From Lingula anatina (Eukaryota > Animalia > Brachiopoda): 64,000 bases of DNA. The position numbers were made by a program, and so were the translations under genes. Location: contig CM120645.1 in NCBI GenBank assembly GCA_051362555.1, positions 14,880,001 through 14,944,000 of the forward strand, given 5' to 3'. Positions 24,989-37,800 of this stretch are shown piece after piece. Under the pieces are notes generated by a model. It had not been told where the DNA came from. It saw only the letters and a list, made by a program, of their open reading frames with translations, and made no database searches. Position 1 is the stretch's first letter; every line of letters begins with the position of its first letter.

Positions 24989-27900
24989 ATGGCGTCCCCA
25001 CCAAAAACACTGACCCTGTGTGTCACCGCCTGTATTTTATCATCTGTTGTAGTTGCAGCGCAGGTAAGGTCATTATAACAATAGGAATAGGTGGTGTTAC
25101 TAACGAACCTTAGTTAAATATACCGAAAAATGATAACTACTCGTAAATCAAATTGATAATGATAGCAGCGGCGGCGTTGCTATTTTTAGATGCTACCAGT
25201 GGTACTTGTATGTCACCCATGCATGTTATTAAATTTAATGCTTTAAATTTTTATTACTTTTCAACAAAATCCCTATATTTACATGCAGTCTCTGAGAGTT
25301 ACGAAAAACTGATGATGAAACATCAAAATGTATGAATTTTTTGCTAATTAAGTGGTCTTTATTTTCCAGTCCATTTATCAGCTTTGTACCGATACTATAC
25401 ATGTATGTATTACTGACGTTATTAATTGTCTATAGGTCGCCATTCAACAGCTAACCAGAACAGAATTGCAAGAGATATTTGGGGTTCAGGATCACAGTAA
25501 AGGTAAAAAGTTAGCTTATCTTCCTTTATTTGAATAAAGTTTGATGTTTGGTGTCGAAATCAGCTGCAAGATGAGATCAAACACACCAGGACATTGAACT
25601 TCAATTACATTGAAAATTGTGAAGGTGAACCAATTGAATTAAATCGCGGTATGATTATTAATATTTACCCCTGCACGTGAGAGAGCAAGTAGCACAGTTG
25701 ACAAAAGCATAAAAGTATTTTTTTTTCATGGCACGCATACGACACTAACAAATTTCAGTTTCCATTTCTAATAATCCCATGATCGTAAAGAACGGTTTTG
25801 TTTTCAGTGCCAGATTATAGTTTGACAGAAATCCACGAATACCAAACTAGGGGGGCCTCAAACCATGATGGTCGTCTGCGGATGTCTATGAAAGTGGGCG
25901 GCCGTTTGCTTCGTCTGCATCTATCACGTAATGACGACCTCGTGCAAAACACGCTCGTGACCAAGCTCAGTGTAAACGATGACGGGCAGACGATAGAGGA
26001 GAGCGTGACAGGAAAAGTCAGTTATCTATATGCTTATCTTTTCAAATGATCCTATGAATGTTGTCTTACATTTGAATACGTAAATAAGTCTATGATTATA
26101 TTACGATATATAACATAAGAACCGTTTCTTTTTCACTTTATAGGACTTGAAACATTTGAATAAAGTGGCAGTAATTTACCTACAAAATGGAACCAAATGA
26201 AAAAATGCGGTCAGTCTCCGTTAATTTATCATACTACATGTATACCGGTTTAATATAACGTGTTTTCTACAGGACGATGTTGACGGTGAATTGAGTCAGC
26301 TATACGAGGACCCTGTACACCCTGCTGCTTTCACAATACAGAGAGATGCATCTGGTCTTCTGTTGGTATGTAATCAAAAAGGAATCCATTATTTCCGTTT
26401 CATTTTAGAATTTAAAAATGAAGATGTTAAACATTCATCATTCGGATTAGTTGGTCAATTTGCTCGATATGTCATAGATTTTTTTCCCAAATTTTGTTAA
26501 ACCTCCTTAACAATATAGGATTGTCCGTCATCAATATTTGTTCAAAATGGGTTTTTAATTTATATAGGATGGATCTGTCGGGGACTACGTAGTTCGAACC
26601 CTTCCGGATCACGTGACCTCAAACTCCTCGCTGCGTCACGTGGTCTACAGACAGCCAGACGTTCGATTTGTCTCGGATGAATACTGTAACTACCAAACAC
26701 TAACACGAATTATTATTATTTCTAATCTTAATTTTAATCGACAATTGTGATTTCATTGCAATTCACTCATTATTTTCGTGTTCATGCGTTTATCCGTGCG
26801 TATACGTGCCTCTCTCTCTTCTCTCTTTCCCTTCTCTCTGTGTTTGTGTGTGTGTGCGTGTGTGTGAATTTGAAGTTCCCGTCTCTTGGATGCTTTCACT
26901 TCAGACCCTCCCGATGAAAATACCAGTGCAAACATCACACAACCAAGAGGATTACATAAAAGACAAGTCAAAGTCCCGGCGATAGTGTACGCAGAAGTCA
27001 CTCTCATTGTCGCTCATTCTGTTATAAGGAACAAGGGTTCGGAGGCCAACGCCAAGAAATATGTTCTTAATTATTGGAACAGCGTATGTTGGAAATAATT
27101 TATTTATGTTCACGGGGTGTTTGGAGGTAAATTTCATCTTGAAAGTAATAAGTAATTGTTAAAAATAGCTTAATATGGGGCACCAAATTAAGTATAAATG
27201 GTAAATTGAATGGTTTACATGAAGGGCTTGGATATACAAATAGTTTTAAAATATGCTTCGCATTTTCAGGTTTCCAGCAATTATAAAAGTTACAAAATGT
27301 CACCAGATATCCGTTTCAAAATCAAAGAGTTTATAATGTGTTCGGTGAGTATCCTTTCCTGAAATGCTTTTGCGTTTGGCGTTCTGGCTGAAACAAACAC
27401 ACATGCACGCACACACATACACACACACATACACACACACAAACACACACACACACACACACACTTTAAGATTCTATGCCTATCACATGCAATAATCATT
27501 CACTGTGTAAACTCCAGAGTCCTACTGCAGCAATGTGCAATGGCATAGACCAGTCTGGCAGTCTTGGGGACGTCTTGCAGCGAATGGTGGACTACTTAAA
27601 GCCGAGGAAGAAATACGATATTGCTGTGGCTCATAATTGGTAAGTGGATGCAATGCGTGCGGGATAATTATTTTCTTCATTCTACTTTCTATATTTATTT
27701 TATTTCAGTTTGTTTTATTTTACTTTTTTATTTGTCTATTTGTTAATCATTATAATCATCATTGTTGTTATTTTTGTTTTACAACGTTCAGGGCTTAAGA
27801 CCGCGCTCACTGATAGAAGACTTCTAGAAAACAAACCCAAGCGAGGCGCGAAACACTCACAGAATTAATTTGTATATTCTTGCAAAGGAACACATTGCTT

Positions 27901-29164
27901 GCAAACGTATGGTTCTGCCAATGGTCATTTCAATCGGAAAAAAGTCTAAATGGACATTTTTACGAATACTTTGTCATCTGTGACATATATATATATATAA
28001 CACCATATCTGTTTCAGCGCGAATGGATGGAACAGGGGGGATGGTAGGTATTTATATACTTTAAAATGCTAAATTACCGTAAGACTAGATAACTTTCTTA
28101 TTTGCACGAGTTCTAAGTATATCTAATTGAAATAATTTCCATTGTGTTTAACCAGCTCAATATAATGTATGACTAGCCCCCTTAAGCATAAAATTACGAA
28201 ATTGGGGAAAATTCTGTAATTGCTTTTTTTAACTACATTCAATATTTTCATAACACAAAACAACACCCAACAGCAATTTTGTATCCTTTATCATTGCAGG
28301 TATGGGTGCAGTGGCCAAAGCCTGTGACCCTTGGGCAGTAGGAGTGGTCAGTGATGACTGCAGCCAGCGCTTCACGAAACTTCACCTCCACGAGACTGGC
28401 CACATGTAAGTGACCCAAACACCGTGTATCTGTCCATGTGTGAATATATTTGTATTTATATATATATATTGTAGGATCTATTTTACTTTAAATTTTGCTA
28501 AATTATTGGTGTGTAATTAGCTTGCACATTTTAAAAAATGTGAATTTGGAAGGTTCGATAAAGGTTATCAAACAAATAATTTAAAAAATTCGGTTTGTAA
28601 ACAAGATGTTAAAGAATACAACATTCTAAGGGGTATCAGGTAACTGGTTCTTCCTCCATATACAAGCAAGTGTCAGTACACGTGCTCATATGAACGGTAT
28701 ATGCGTATGAATTTAAATAAGATCATGTAGGAGTGAACGTCATGTTAACATGCTCGTTGAGATAATAAGAACAGTGCATTATTTTGTACAAAAAATGTTG
28801 ACGGTGTGACAGGAATGGTAGTCCTAGGAATGGAAGTCCGGGTGTCCCATATAATTAGTACAGGTCCGAGTATTGGCGTTAGTATATGGGGCAAATGTCA
28901 CCTGTACCAAGTAATGGGGAAAGGACCACGGTTCCTAACAGTATACCATGCATGTCACACTGACAGCAGTCCGTTTCACATTCATCACATTTCAAATACA
29001 TTATAAAAATAATATTTAATTTCCCTCCACAGTCTGGGCTCCCCTCACGACGGAGACAGCGGCATGCCGTGTGACAGGAGCGCGTACCTGATGACCCCTA
29101 ACGGCTATTCTACCTCCCACCTCCCCTCCCCCTGCACCAGGGCGAAGTGGAGCGCTTATTGGAG
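24989..29164 (+). CDS. Secreted M12B (reprolysin/ADAMTS-like) zinc metalloprotease: signal peptide + prodomain + catalytic domain; last exon uncertain
   Basis: Exons 24989-25063, 25436-25502, 25808-26016, 26273-26365, 26568-26685, 26905-27083, 27270-27344, 27518-27639, 28018-28043, 28300-28405 and 29033-29164, all in phase. Signal peptide MASPPKTLTLCVTACILSSVVVAAQ, basic cleavage site LHKR, zinc motif HETGHILGSPHD and Met-turn YLM. A terminal exon probably lies near 29827-29900. Confidence 0.88.
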
Positions 29165-29439
29165 GTACTTTTGTGATTATTATTGTTACCTAAAATATGC
29201 GAACATAAAAACCCTGTACAGTGATCAGATTTGATGCTGTCAAAGTCATGGTAAACTGTATACGTTATTATGAAAGCTACAGGCAAACAAGGTTAAAAAC
29301 TTTAATAACAAAACAGTAATGAAGGGTAATATTACTATAATATGTAAGGCAGGGGATAAAAACATTGCTTGTTTGACCTGTTATCCTTGGGGGAGTAGGG
29401 ATAGAAAGGATAACTCCAAATTGGAAGTAGGCGTCCCGG

Positions 29440-29755
29440 CTAGCCGCACGAAAATGCAGTAGTATCGAAGTAGCAAAGAAGCATTAACGCAGTAGTGGTG
29501 TGGAGCATATTTGCAGTAGAAATGCAGTATACCCTACTGCAATTCTACTTCAAAAATTACATAGGGTTGTACAGAGGAGGAGCATTAATGCAGTAGATTA
29601 GCAGCATGATAGAAGCATGTTTCAAATATGCTAATTAGCTCCCAATGCGAAGCAGATTTGAGGCATATTTGCAGTATGATTGCAGTAGTCTACTGCGCTG
29701 GAGCATCTACTGCGTTTTCGTGCTATAGCTAGTAGCGTTTTCGTGCTATAGCTAG
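29440..29755. mobile_element. MITE-like element with terminal inverted repeats
   Basis: Left gcacgaaaatgcagtag is the reverse complement of right ctactgcgttttcgtgc (1 mismatch). Internal gcagta/tactgc repeats; the right end is locally duplicated. Confidence 0.6.
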
Positions 29756-30400
29756 TAGCTAGCTAGCTGTGTCTTCTGTATTTGCTATTGAAGCGGGATG
29801 AAGTAGGTTTATACTTCAAGTTTCAGAGCCCTTTGGCGCTACGCTGCATTCGTGACAGAAAGCACACCCAATGTAACGGATATGCACCATGACAGCTTTT
29901 AAATAAGGGTGCTGATAAACAGAAATAACATGTACAATTTAAAACTCTTTTCTTTTCTTTTTTTTTTTTTCCTTTTCCAGTTCTTCCAAAGGAGCCTGTA
30001 TGCACATGTAGAAATGCTGAAAGAAACTCCCGACCTTTTCTCTTTGGTCGTCGATAATATAAAATATTGATCTGATTGGTACATTTGTGAATGGAACTCT
30101 GTCATCTAGTTTATTGCCATTAATGCGATGTAAGACACAAAGAACTGTTACTAACAACAATTTTGACTTAATGAATAAATAATGTTTTACCACATCAACT
30201 TAACCTTCCAAATCTCCATTTATACTTAGGAAACTGTTTCATTGACATAATTCTATGGATAGGTTTCGCAAAGTGGTAACTGTAACTTTTGAGTCATTTT
30301 AAAGAATAGTTGGTTTTTAGAAATCTAAAAAAAAGATTTCCCACCGTATATATCCTGCCAGCGCACCAAATGCAATAACCGTTTTACTAACAAAATTGTT

Positions 30401-30434
<34 letters not shown>

Positions 30435-31303
30435 AAAATAATAAAAGAATTGGACAACGTCAAATCTGGGAGTAATGCAATATTTTATACATTTCTAAAA
30501 TAACTAATGCGTAAGGTTTACATACTTCAGTGGTGTGGGGAATCCCCGCCACACTGCCAAGATCAAGTTGACAAATAACCGTCGGTGACGATTAAGTTGG
30601 TCGTCGGATTGTCCTTGTAGCAATGCCACGTATTAAGCGCAGCTTGAAGATTCACTCCCGAAATGATCATAATTCTTATCACGACTATAAGCACGAGAGA
30701 TACGTGTGTAAATCCTCACTTTAAAGTTGTGTGCCCTTAATTTTTTACTAAAAACTGAAGGTGGGAACTTTGCTATTTGTATTAAATACTACAGGTAGAA
30801 GTTATGGAGCCAAATACGAATGCTAACCGGCTTTTCTGTCTTTTGAAAGACGGCCAAACTTACCCATTTTTTTTTTCTAAAAAGAGATTACCGCATGATA
30901 TGGAATCTGCAAGGCAATGTGCAGTGTATTTGCAAGTTTGGATCATGAAAATTTATAAAATTCCAATGGCTACCTTACTTGATTTTTTTTCGAACGAGGC
31001 GAGGGTAAAAGTTTATTTCACTGATCTTTTTATTTGTCATTTTTTTCATTCATTCACTGTTTATTTGTTTGTTTGTACGTTTGCTACCCTCCAAAATATA
31101 ATATTAATTTTCACGTGTTAAAATATGTCACTTTTGTGACTGGTTTTTAAGCCCATAAAGTTTCACCAAATTAGAACTGCAAGTTACAATCACCTTTCAA
31201 TTTCGATTTGTTTTCTTTTTATGTAAAAGCGATCACATGCAACCAACCCCATGGACTGATTATGAGACGTGTACGTGTAATAGCACAGGGTTTTTTTTTT
31301 CTA

Positions 31304-31831
31304 TCATACGACCATCTTAGAGCGCCTACACTTGCATTTATTTCTACATTTTATCCTTTCCGAGTCGAAACTTGGCATGAAGGGGATGTTTGAGCAACAC
31401 GTTATTTTTTCCAAGTACGGAGTTATATATGGAATGCTGTAAACTTCATATTCTTTGGTTTTCGGATCGTCATAACCTTCGGGATTTTGTGCATTCGCAA
31501 AGACCTCTTCGTGCCATTTTCCTATGCCCCTCTCGGCTTTTGTGCCTGCAATATGAAATGTTTTAATACATCTTTTAAAGTTTGCATTTATTAACACTCG
31601 AATGTTATTATCAGACACCACTAATATTCAAAGTTCATTAGCACATTTGATCTGTTTGTGTGGACAAAATGTTTGTATTGAAGAAAATAACTCGTTTGTC
31701 AATAGAAACGTCCACGATTTTTCTTTAAAGCAAAAAGACGAAATAAAAAACAGCTACATGTGTAAGAACAAACTTGCGCTACGGGTGCGGACTTACTTAA
31801 CTTTAGAGCTTCTGTAAGTGCAAACTTCTCC

Positions 31832-31874
<43 letters not shown>

Positions 31875-34800
31875 GGTAATAAAACGATGTTTTTCAACGT
31901 AATACCTGGAATAGTGTTGTCTAGGAAGAACCCCAGCGCACCGCTGAGAAACATCGGCGTTGTTAAAAACACTGTGATAACAGCATCCAGTCCGTCCACC
32001 CCTAAAAATAACTGCATAGTTAATGATCTAGGTTGTTATGAAGCATATCATATAAATCAACTGTGGTACAAGAACTGACCTGACTGTGGTAATTGAGTAA
32101 GCACTGTATACGTAAATATATGAAAAATAAGATATAAGGAAATCGGTCTTTATAAGGAATCAGCAGGCAAAGAATGATGCTGATCAAAAAGGCACCTCCA
32201 TCTCAATGAAAAATTATGCATACATAAAAAGAAAAAAATATTCGGTAAATATACAAATACAGTAGAAATACTATATCGTGGCTGATTAAAAATCGGTTAT
32301 CACCTGTTTTTATAGCATCGGTGTTCTGCTTTGCCCATTCTGGCACGACGAACCCACACATCAAAGAAAAGCCCAAAATGGACATATTTCTGGCCGATCT
32401 TATATCAATATACGTAACGTTGGAGATCCCCACGGACACCACAAAGGAAAGTCCAATGGTTAAAACACCGCCCTGGATTGGTAAGGGTATAGCGGCCAAA
32501 GCGGCCCCCACCTTGCCTATAACGCCCATACACACCATCATGATCCCTGCCACTTGGTACACTCGCCGGCTGGCGACCTGGAAAAATGGTTTCAAAGACT
32601 GATGTAAGTGTAATACAAGTTAATACTTCACGCACAAGTTACAGCACATAAATGGAATGGATCTTATATGGCATGTGTTTCAAATGGGGTCAGCTCCATA
32701 GAGAAACGTCCCGATAAATGCACAGTCCGATTAACCAGTTCCATATACACTGTACATGTAGGCCCTATATTTGTCTGTACTATGAATATCGGTACATTAT
32801 GTGCAAGGATTTTCCGCGATATAGGCCTACTTTTCTTTTTACACGTACTTGTAAACTCTTTATGGGTAACTAGACAACAGGCACGCTCGTCCATGCTGGT
32901 ATCACTTAGAAACTCAGATTTGTTCCTACGTTTTAAAAACTAAAACCGCACCTTGGTAATTCCTATCACACCGACGTTATTGCTATACGATGTTGTGCCG
33001 TGCCCCATCCCCAGGGAGCCGGAGAGGACGCTTCCCAGCCCCTCCACCAACATGCCTCGGTTCACGGCGTGTGCTGGGGGTGCTGGCACCTGACATAGCT
33101 TGGCCGCGGCGTAGTAATCTCCTACCGACTCCACGACAGATGCCAATGTTCCTGCTATCATACCAAACACGCCGCCAGCGTTTATGACTGGTGTACCATA
33201 CTGTCCTGAAATATGGAAGAGTCCCTAAAATTTTCCACATTTAATCATTTCATTTTGTTGTGTGTGTTTGTGTTTGTGTGTGTGTGTGTCAGCGCTCGTC
33301 CATAAACATATTCGTTTTCAATTTTGGCTTCAGTGAAATAAGATATACATGTATGAACACATTAAAATACATATAACACGTTATTGCAATGTGTGACCTT
33401 GGAACCAAAACATTAGCGTCTGTAGGGACTGAATATGTTACCTGGATATGGAAAGAAGAACCACTTAGCGTTCCGAATCCCTACCAATCCTGCGTCAGTG
33501 CGCGCTTTGTACTGTACGGCCTTCGGGTCATCTGGCAGAGAGCCGGTGGCCGTGAGAATCCAGCACGCTAGCCACGTGATGACGATACTGAATACAACCT
33601 AAGTGAACATAAAATCGACCTTGACAATAAAAAATAGCAATGTACAGATAAAACATTTATATGTGGGTAAAACAATACAACGTATTCATTTCCATGACTT
33701 GATCATGGTCCAGATTGAATAGGCTTCAATTTGCAACAGAAAACAAATTCGATATTTCGTTCATTTAAGTTTTGTGCACAAGTTATCTTCTGTAATATGG
33801 AAATTATATGTGTAATATAAAAACAAATTAATGGTTCTTAAATGAACTTTTTGCTGAGATTTTTTGTCCATATAAGCAGCGTTTTTGTTTAAAACAATCG
33901 TTTTGCGCTTACCGGTAGTAACACGAATAAATAACAGGACACTTTGTGGCATTTTTCCTTACGAGACCACCACACAAATGGTACTTGTATCTTCCTCAAA
34001 TATACTCCACTGATGAATACAATGGCACAAGAGCTAAAATAAAAAAATAGCTCAAATAAAAAATTTTGAAGAAATATCAATTTTCAGAAATTGCTGTTGT
34101 TTCCAACATTTCACCACAAGCGGAAATACGCCAAAAAGTGAATACCTGTTCTACTAATATTAGGCCTACTCGACTGTTTATGAAAGTATGCAGTATATTT
34201 CCTTGCCTTCTTGAGAAGTAAGGTAATGTCAATAAATTAGTCAATATAAGACTAACTCAAATTTAAAAATATACAAAATCGGTGTACCTACAGTGCCCAC
34301 ATTCCCCAGTGTGCCTGAGAATATTTATACACCACGGAGAAGAGAGACAGTCCAATCATAGTGATGGTAGGAGCGATTGTGAGGGGTCCAATGTATTGCA
34401 GTAGAAAACCAATGGCGCCTAATTCACAGACAAATGAATTAGAATCACTAGAAGCCCAGTTTTTTTATTGAACTGTATCTACGCTACGCAAATGCTAGCT
34501 ATACCCACCATCGCATGCATGAGAAGCGTACTGTTAGGTGTTTTTAACGTCACTCTGGCGTATCCGCCGTTAGCCTAGCGTATCCCTTGCGTATGGGTAA
34601 CATATAACCCATACGCTGTTTTTTTTACACTCTCAAATTTTATCTCCTTCTGCAGTGGGGATGCAAACGCACTCCAACATTTGCCTGAGAGTGAGCAATT
34701 TTTCTCACACGTTGATGCTATATATATAAGTATAAGCTATTTAGTGTGACAGTGCTATAACATTATGCCTTTTTTGGTGTGAGAAAAGCGAGTGAAAAAA

Positions 34801-37800
34801 TTAATAAAAATAATAATAATATTATTAATAATAATAATAATAATCGCGCAGTACCTGTGCACCCAAGGAATATCTGTACAATAGACGCCACCATGAGACT
34901 TCCTTGTACGACATTCAAACGGTCCTGCCACTGCACATCAGACATGGCGTCCCGAGCAGACGACAAATTTCCTAACGTTGTGTTGGCCATCAGGGTTGCT
35001 TCTGAATGATAGAAATGGAAGAGTTAAGTACGGTTCTCATAAAACTAGCGCTCTATTCATTGAACATAGACGTTTAGCCTTTTAATCAAACGCTGAGCAA
35101 AATGAAAGATGACCCAGTATGTATCCACCGGAAACCATAATACATGTAAGAAAAAACGCCTTCTGTGTCTTTTAATCTATGTGCGATCACGTACGTTGAC
35201 TCGTTTACATCAGATCATGTGCTGGTCGTTTGGTTAAGACCGCGTTCAGAACAGCGGACTAACAGATCCGCGGATAAATATGGCCACCCACTAAAAAGCT
35301 TGCCGCTTAATTCCCGATAAGACACTGAATATATTCCCTGCGGGGACTACGCAACAAGCATTCCAGTGGGTCGGCCATATTTGATCCCCGGATCTGTTAG
35401 TCTGCTGTTCTGAATGTGCTCTAATTGTACCTGGTGTTTCCGGACACCTGAACCTCTCCAGAGACAACATGGCGATCATCGGCGCCACAAAGGAATGGCT
35501 TCCTCCTTGGATAATGGGAAGTCTAAAATGAATGGGCTTACTATACGAGTTTTTGTTTAGAAGAACGTTTGTAGTCATGGCAATACGTTTTATGTATCTG
35601 TTGAAGTAATATTTTTTTAAAGTAATATTTTGTTGAAGTAATTATCTGTTGAAGTAATATTTTTTCTAGAGATCTATATACAGTAGTGCTAGCTTACATG
35701 ACATCCAAATGCAGTCAGCTAATATCATTTATAAAGATAAAAGCATTTGCCAAAGTCTCAATTCACTTCTGTTGAATATGTAAACTTTATCCTTACCTTG
35801 CATTTATGGTACATGTAGGCCCTACCACAGTAGCCTAATCTCACCTCGGCGGCACCCTATGGCCTTCTCCCTGTGGTACACTTCACTCTGACCTTATTCC
35901 TATGGTCTCCTGTATCCTTAACCGACCCCTATGAAACCCTGTTTCCTCACCTTACCCCTATACCCTCACTCTTACCACACACCCAGGGTACCTTAACCTT
36001 TATCTTACCCCTATGATGACCTGTACCTTTACCCTACCACTATGGTACCCTGCACCCTACCTTACCCCTATGGTGCGCTGTACCCTTACCCTACCCCTGC
36101 GGTACCCTTACCCTATCCCTGTGGTATACTGGTACTTTACTGGTGCTGTATCCTTACCGTATCCCTGTTGTATAATGGTACTTTATTGGTGCTGTATCCT
36201 TACCGTATTCCTGTGGTATACTGGTACTTTACTGGTACTGTAGCCTTACCCTATCCATGTGGTATACTGGTACTTTACTGGTACTGTATCCTTACCGTAT
36301 CCCTGTGGTATACTGGTACTTTACTGGTACTGTATCCTTACCGTATCCCTGTGGTATACTGGTACTTTACTGGTGCTGTCTCCTTACCGTATCCCTATGG
36401 TACACTGTAACACCGACACCAAGCCAGATACAAAAATGGCGGTGCTCTGTAACTCCGCAAGCAGTTCGTAGTTGTCCTCTTGACAAAGCAGCCCGCTCAG
36501 TATTAACGGCAGCGACATCGTGCCCGTGATGCACATCACCACTTGCTAAAAAAAAAAAAAGCACAGCATAAAATATTTCACAATTAGATGGTGTCTACAC
36601 AATGCCGTGGTAAAGAATAAATATTTTTGTTATCTAAAGTGTAAGAGTTAGTCTTCATTTATGAAAAAAAAAGTTCGATAATCGTATTATTGCACGTATA
36701 TATTTTATGCTGAAATGCCTTTAAACTTCATTGGTCGCATGACAACTGGTAAAAAAATCATGATTCGGGATAGTCCAAAGGCACTGTGATATGAACAAGT
36801 TCAAATCTGATCGGAAAAACACGTAGTTTTTAATGAATCAATGAATAAATAAGGAAAAAATCTATAATTTGGCAATGAAGAACACTTATTACCAAAAAGC
36901 AATAGAAATCCGTTTTCATAGTGATAGGAGTGTATCCTGCGAATATACAGCACCTGAGCATCACGTTTATTTCGGTGGAAGATACGGTTCTATAATATTA
37001 GATAGGGAAAGTAGTTACAGAAAGAAATCCCAAAACCATCATTGACAGTCCCTAAAAAGTTTTTTCTTGTACGTCAAGATCGGTAACGTATTACTTGAGA
37101 AGGGTTGCTTCAGTGCATCTTGCATTTGCGAGACACACCTGCACTGAGTCTTCGGGTTTTTCTTTTTGTACTAGTACTATTTGTGTCTTGCAAAAGGTCA
37201 CAATGAGTCTCATTTATTTGTCTGGTGTTTATACCTTCATGTTTCCATTAAAGTACAAGTGAAATAAGACCTACAATACAGATAAAGTGTATGTGGTGAA
37301 TAGTGCATCTATGACCATCTTTTCGCTTTAGTCTAACTTTCCTCGGTTAAAAAGTATGTCATGGCCAATCGAGATTTTGATGTTCCGTTTACATGTACTC
37401 CCTTTCCTATTATGCTAAGTCACGCAGACTTTAGTTGCGTTTTTTTATGACTTCTAATTTTGTTTGAGATTTATAAGGATCTTAAACAAAGTGGCACACA
37501 GTAGTTAAGAAAACATCTTCATATAGCTCAGTTAACGGTCGCAATCACGCAAAGCCAGTTGTTGTAAAAAAGTAGTAGTCAGTTGTGTTTAGCATCAATT
37601 TCTGCCATAGAAAACATCTGTTTATCGAAACATTTGATAATTCACCCGACCCCCATTCAACTCAGGTACCAGTATACACATGTACAGGTACTTGTACTGT
37701 ACATAATTACCTCCGCCAAGGAGGTTATGTTTTTACCCCTATGTGTTTGTTTGTTTGTTTGTTTGTTTGTCTGTCTGTCTGTCTGTCTGTCATCAACATA

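Noticed and set aside
30531-30580. Short WCGESPPHC frame after an AG, resembling a hevein-type fragment of the protease
   Set aside because: No upstream partner exon with the remaining cysteines, and its phase does not match exon 11.
36013-36529. Several Y/P/W-rich ORFs
   Set aside because: Translations of the minisatellite and the antisense of SLC23 exon 2.
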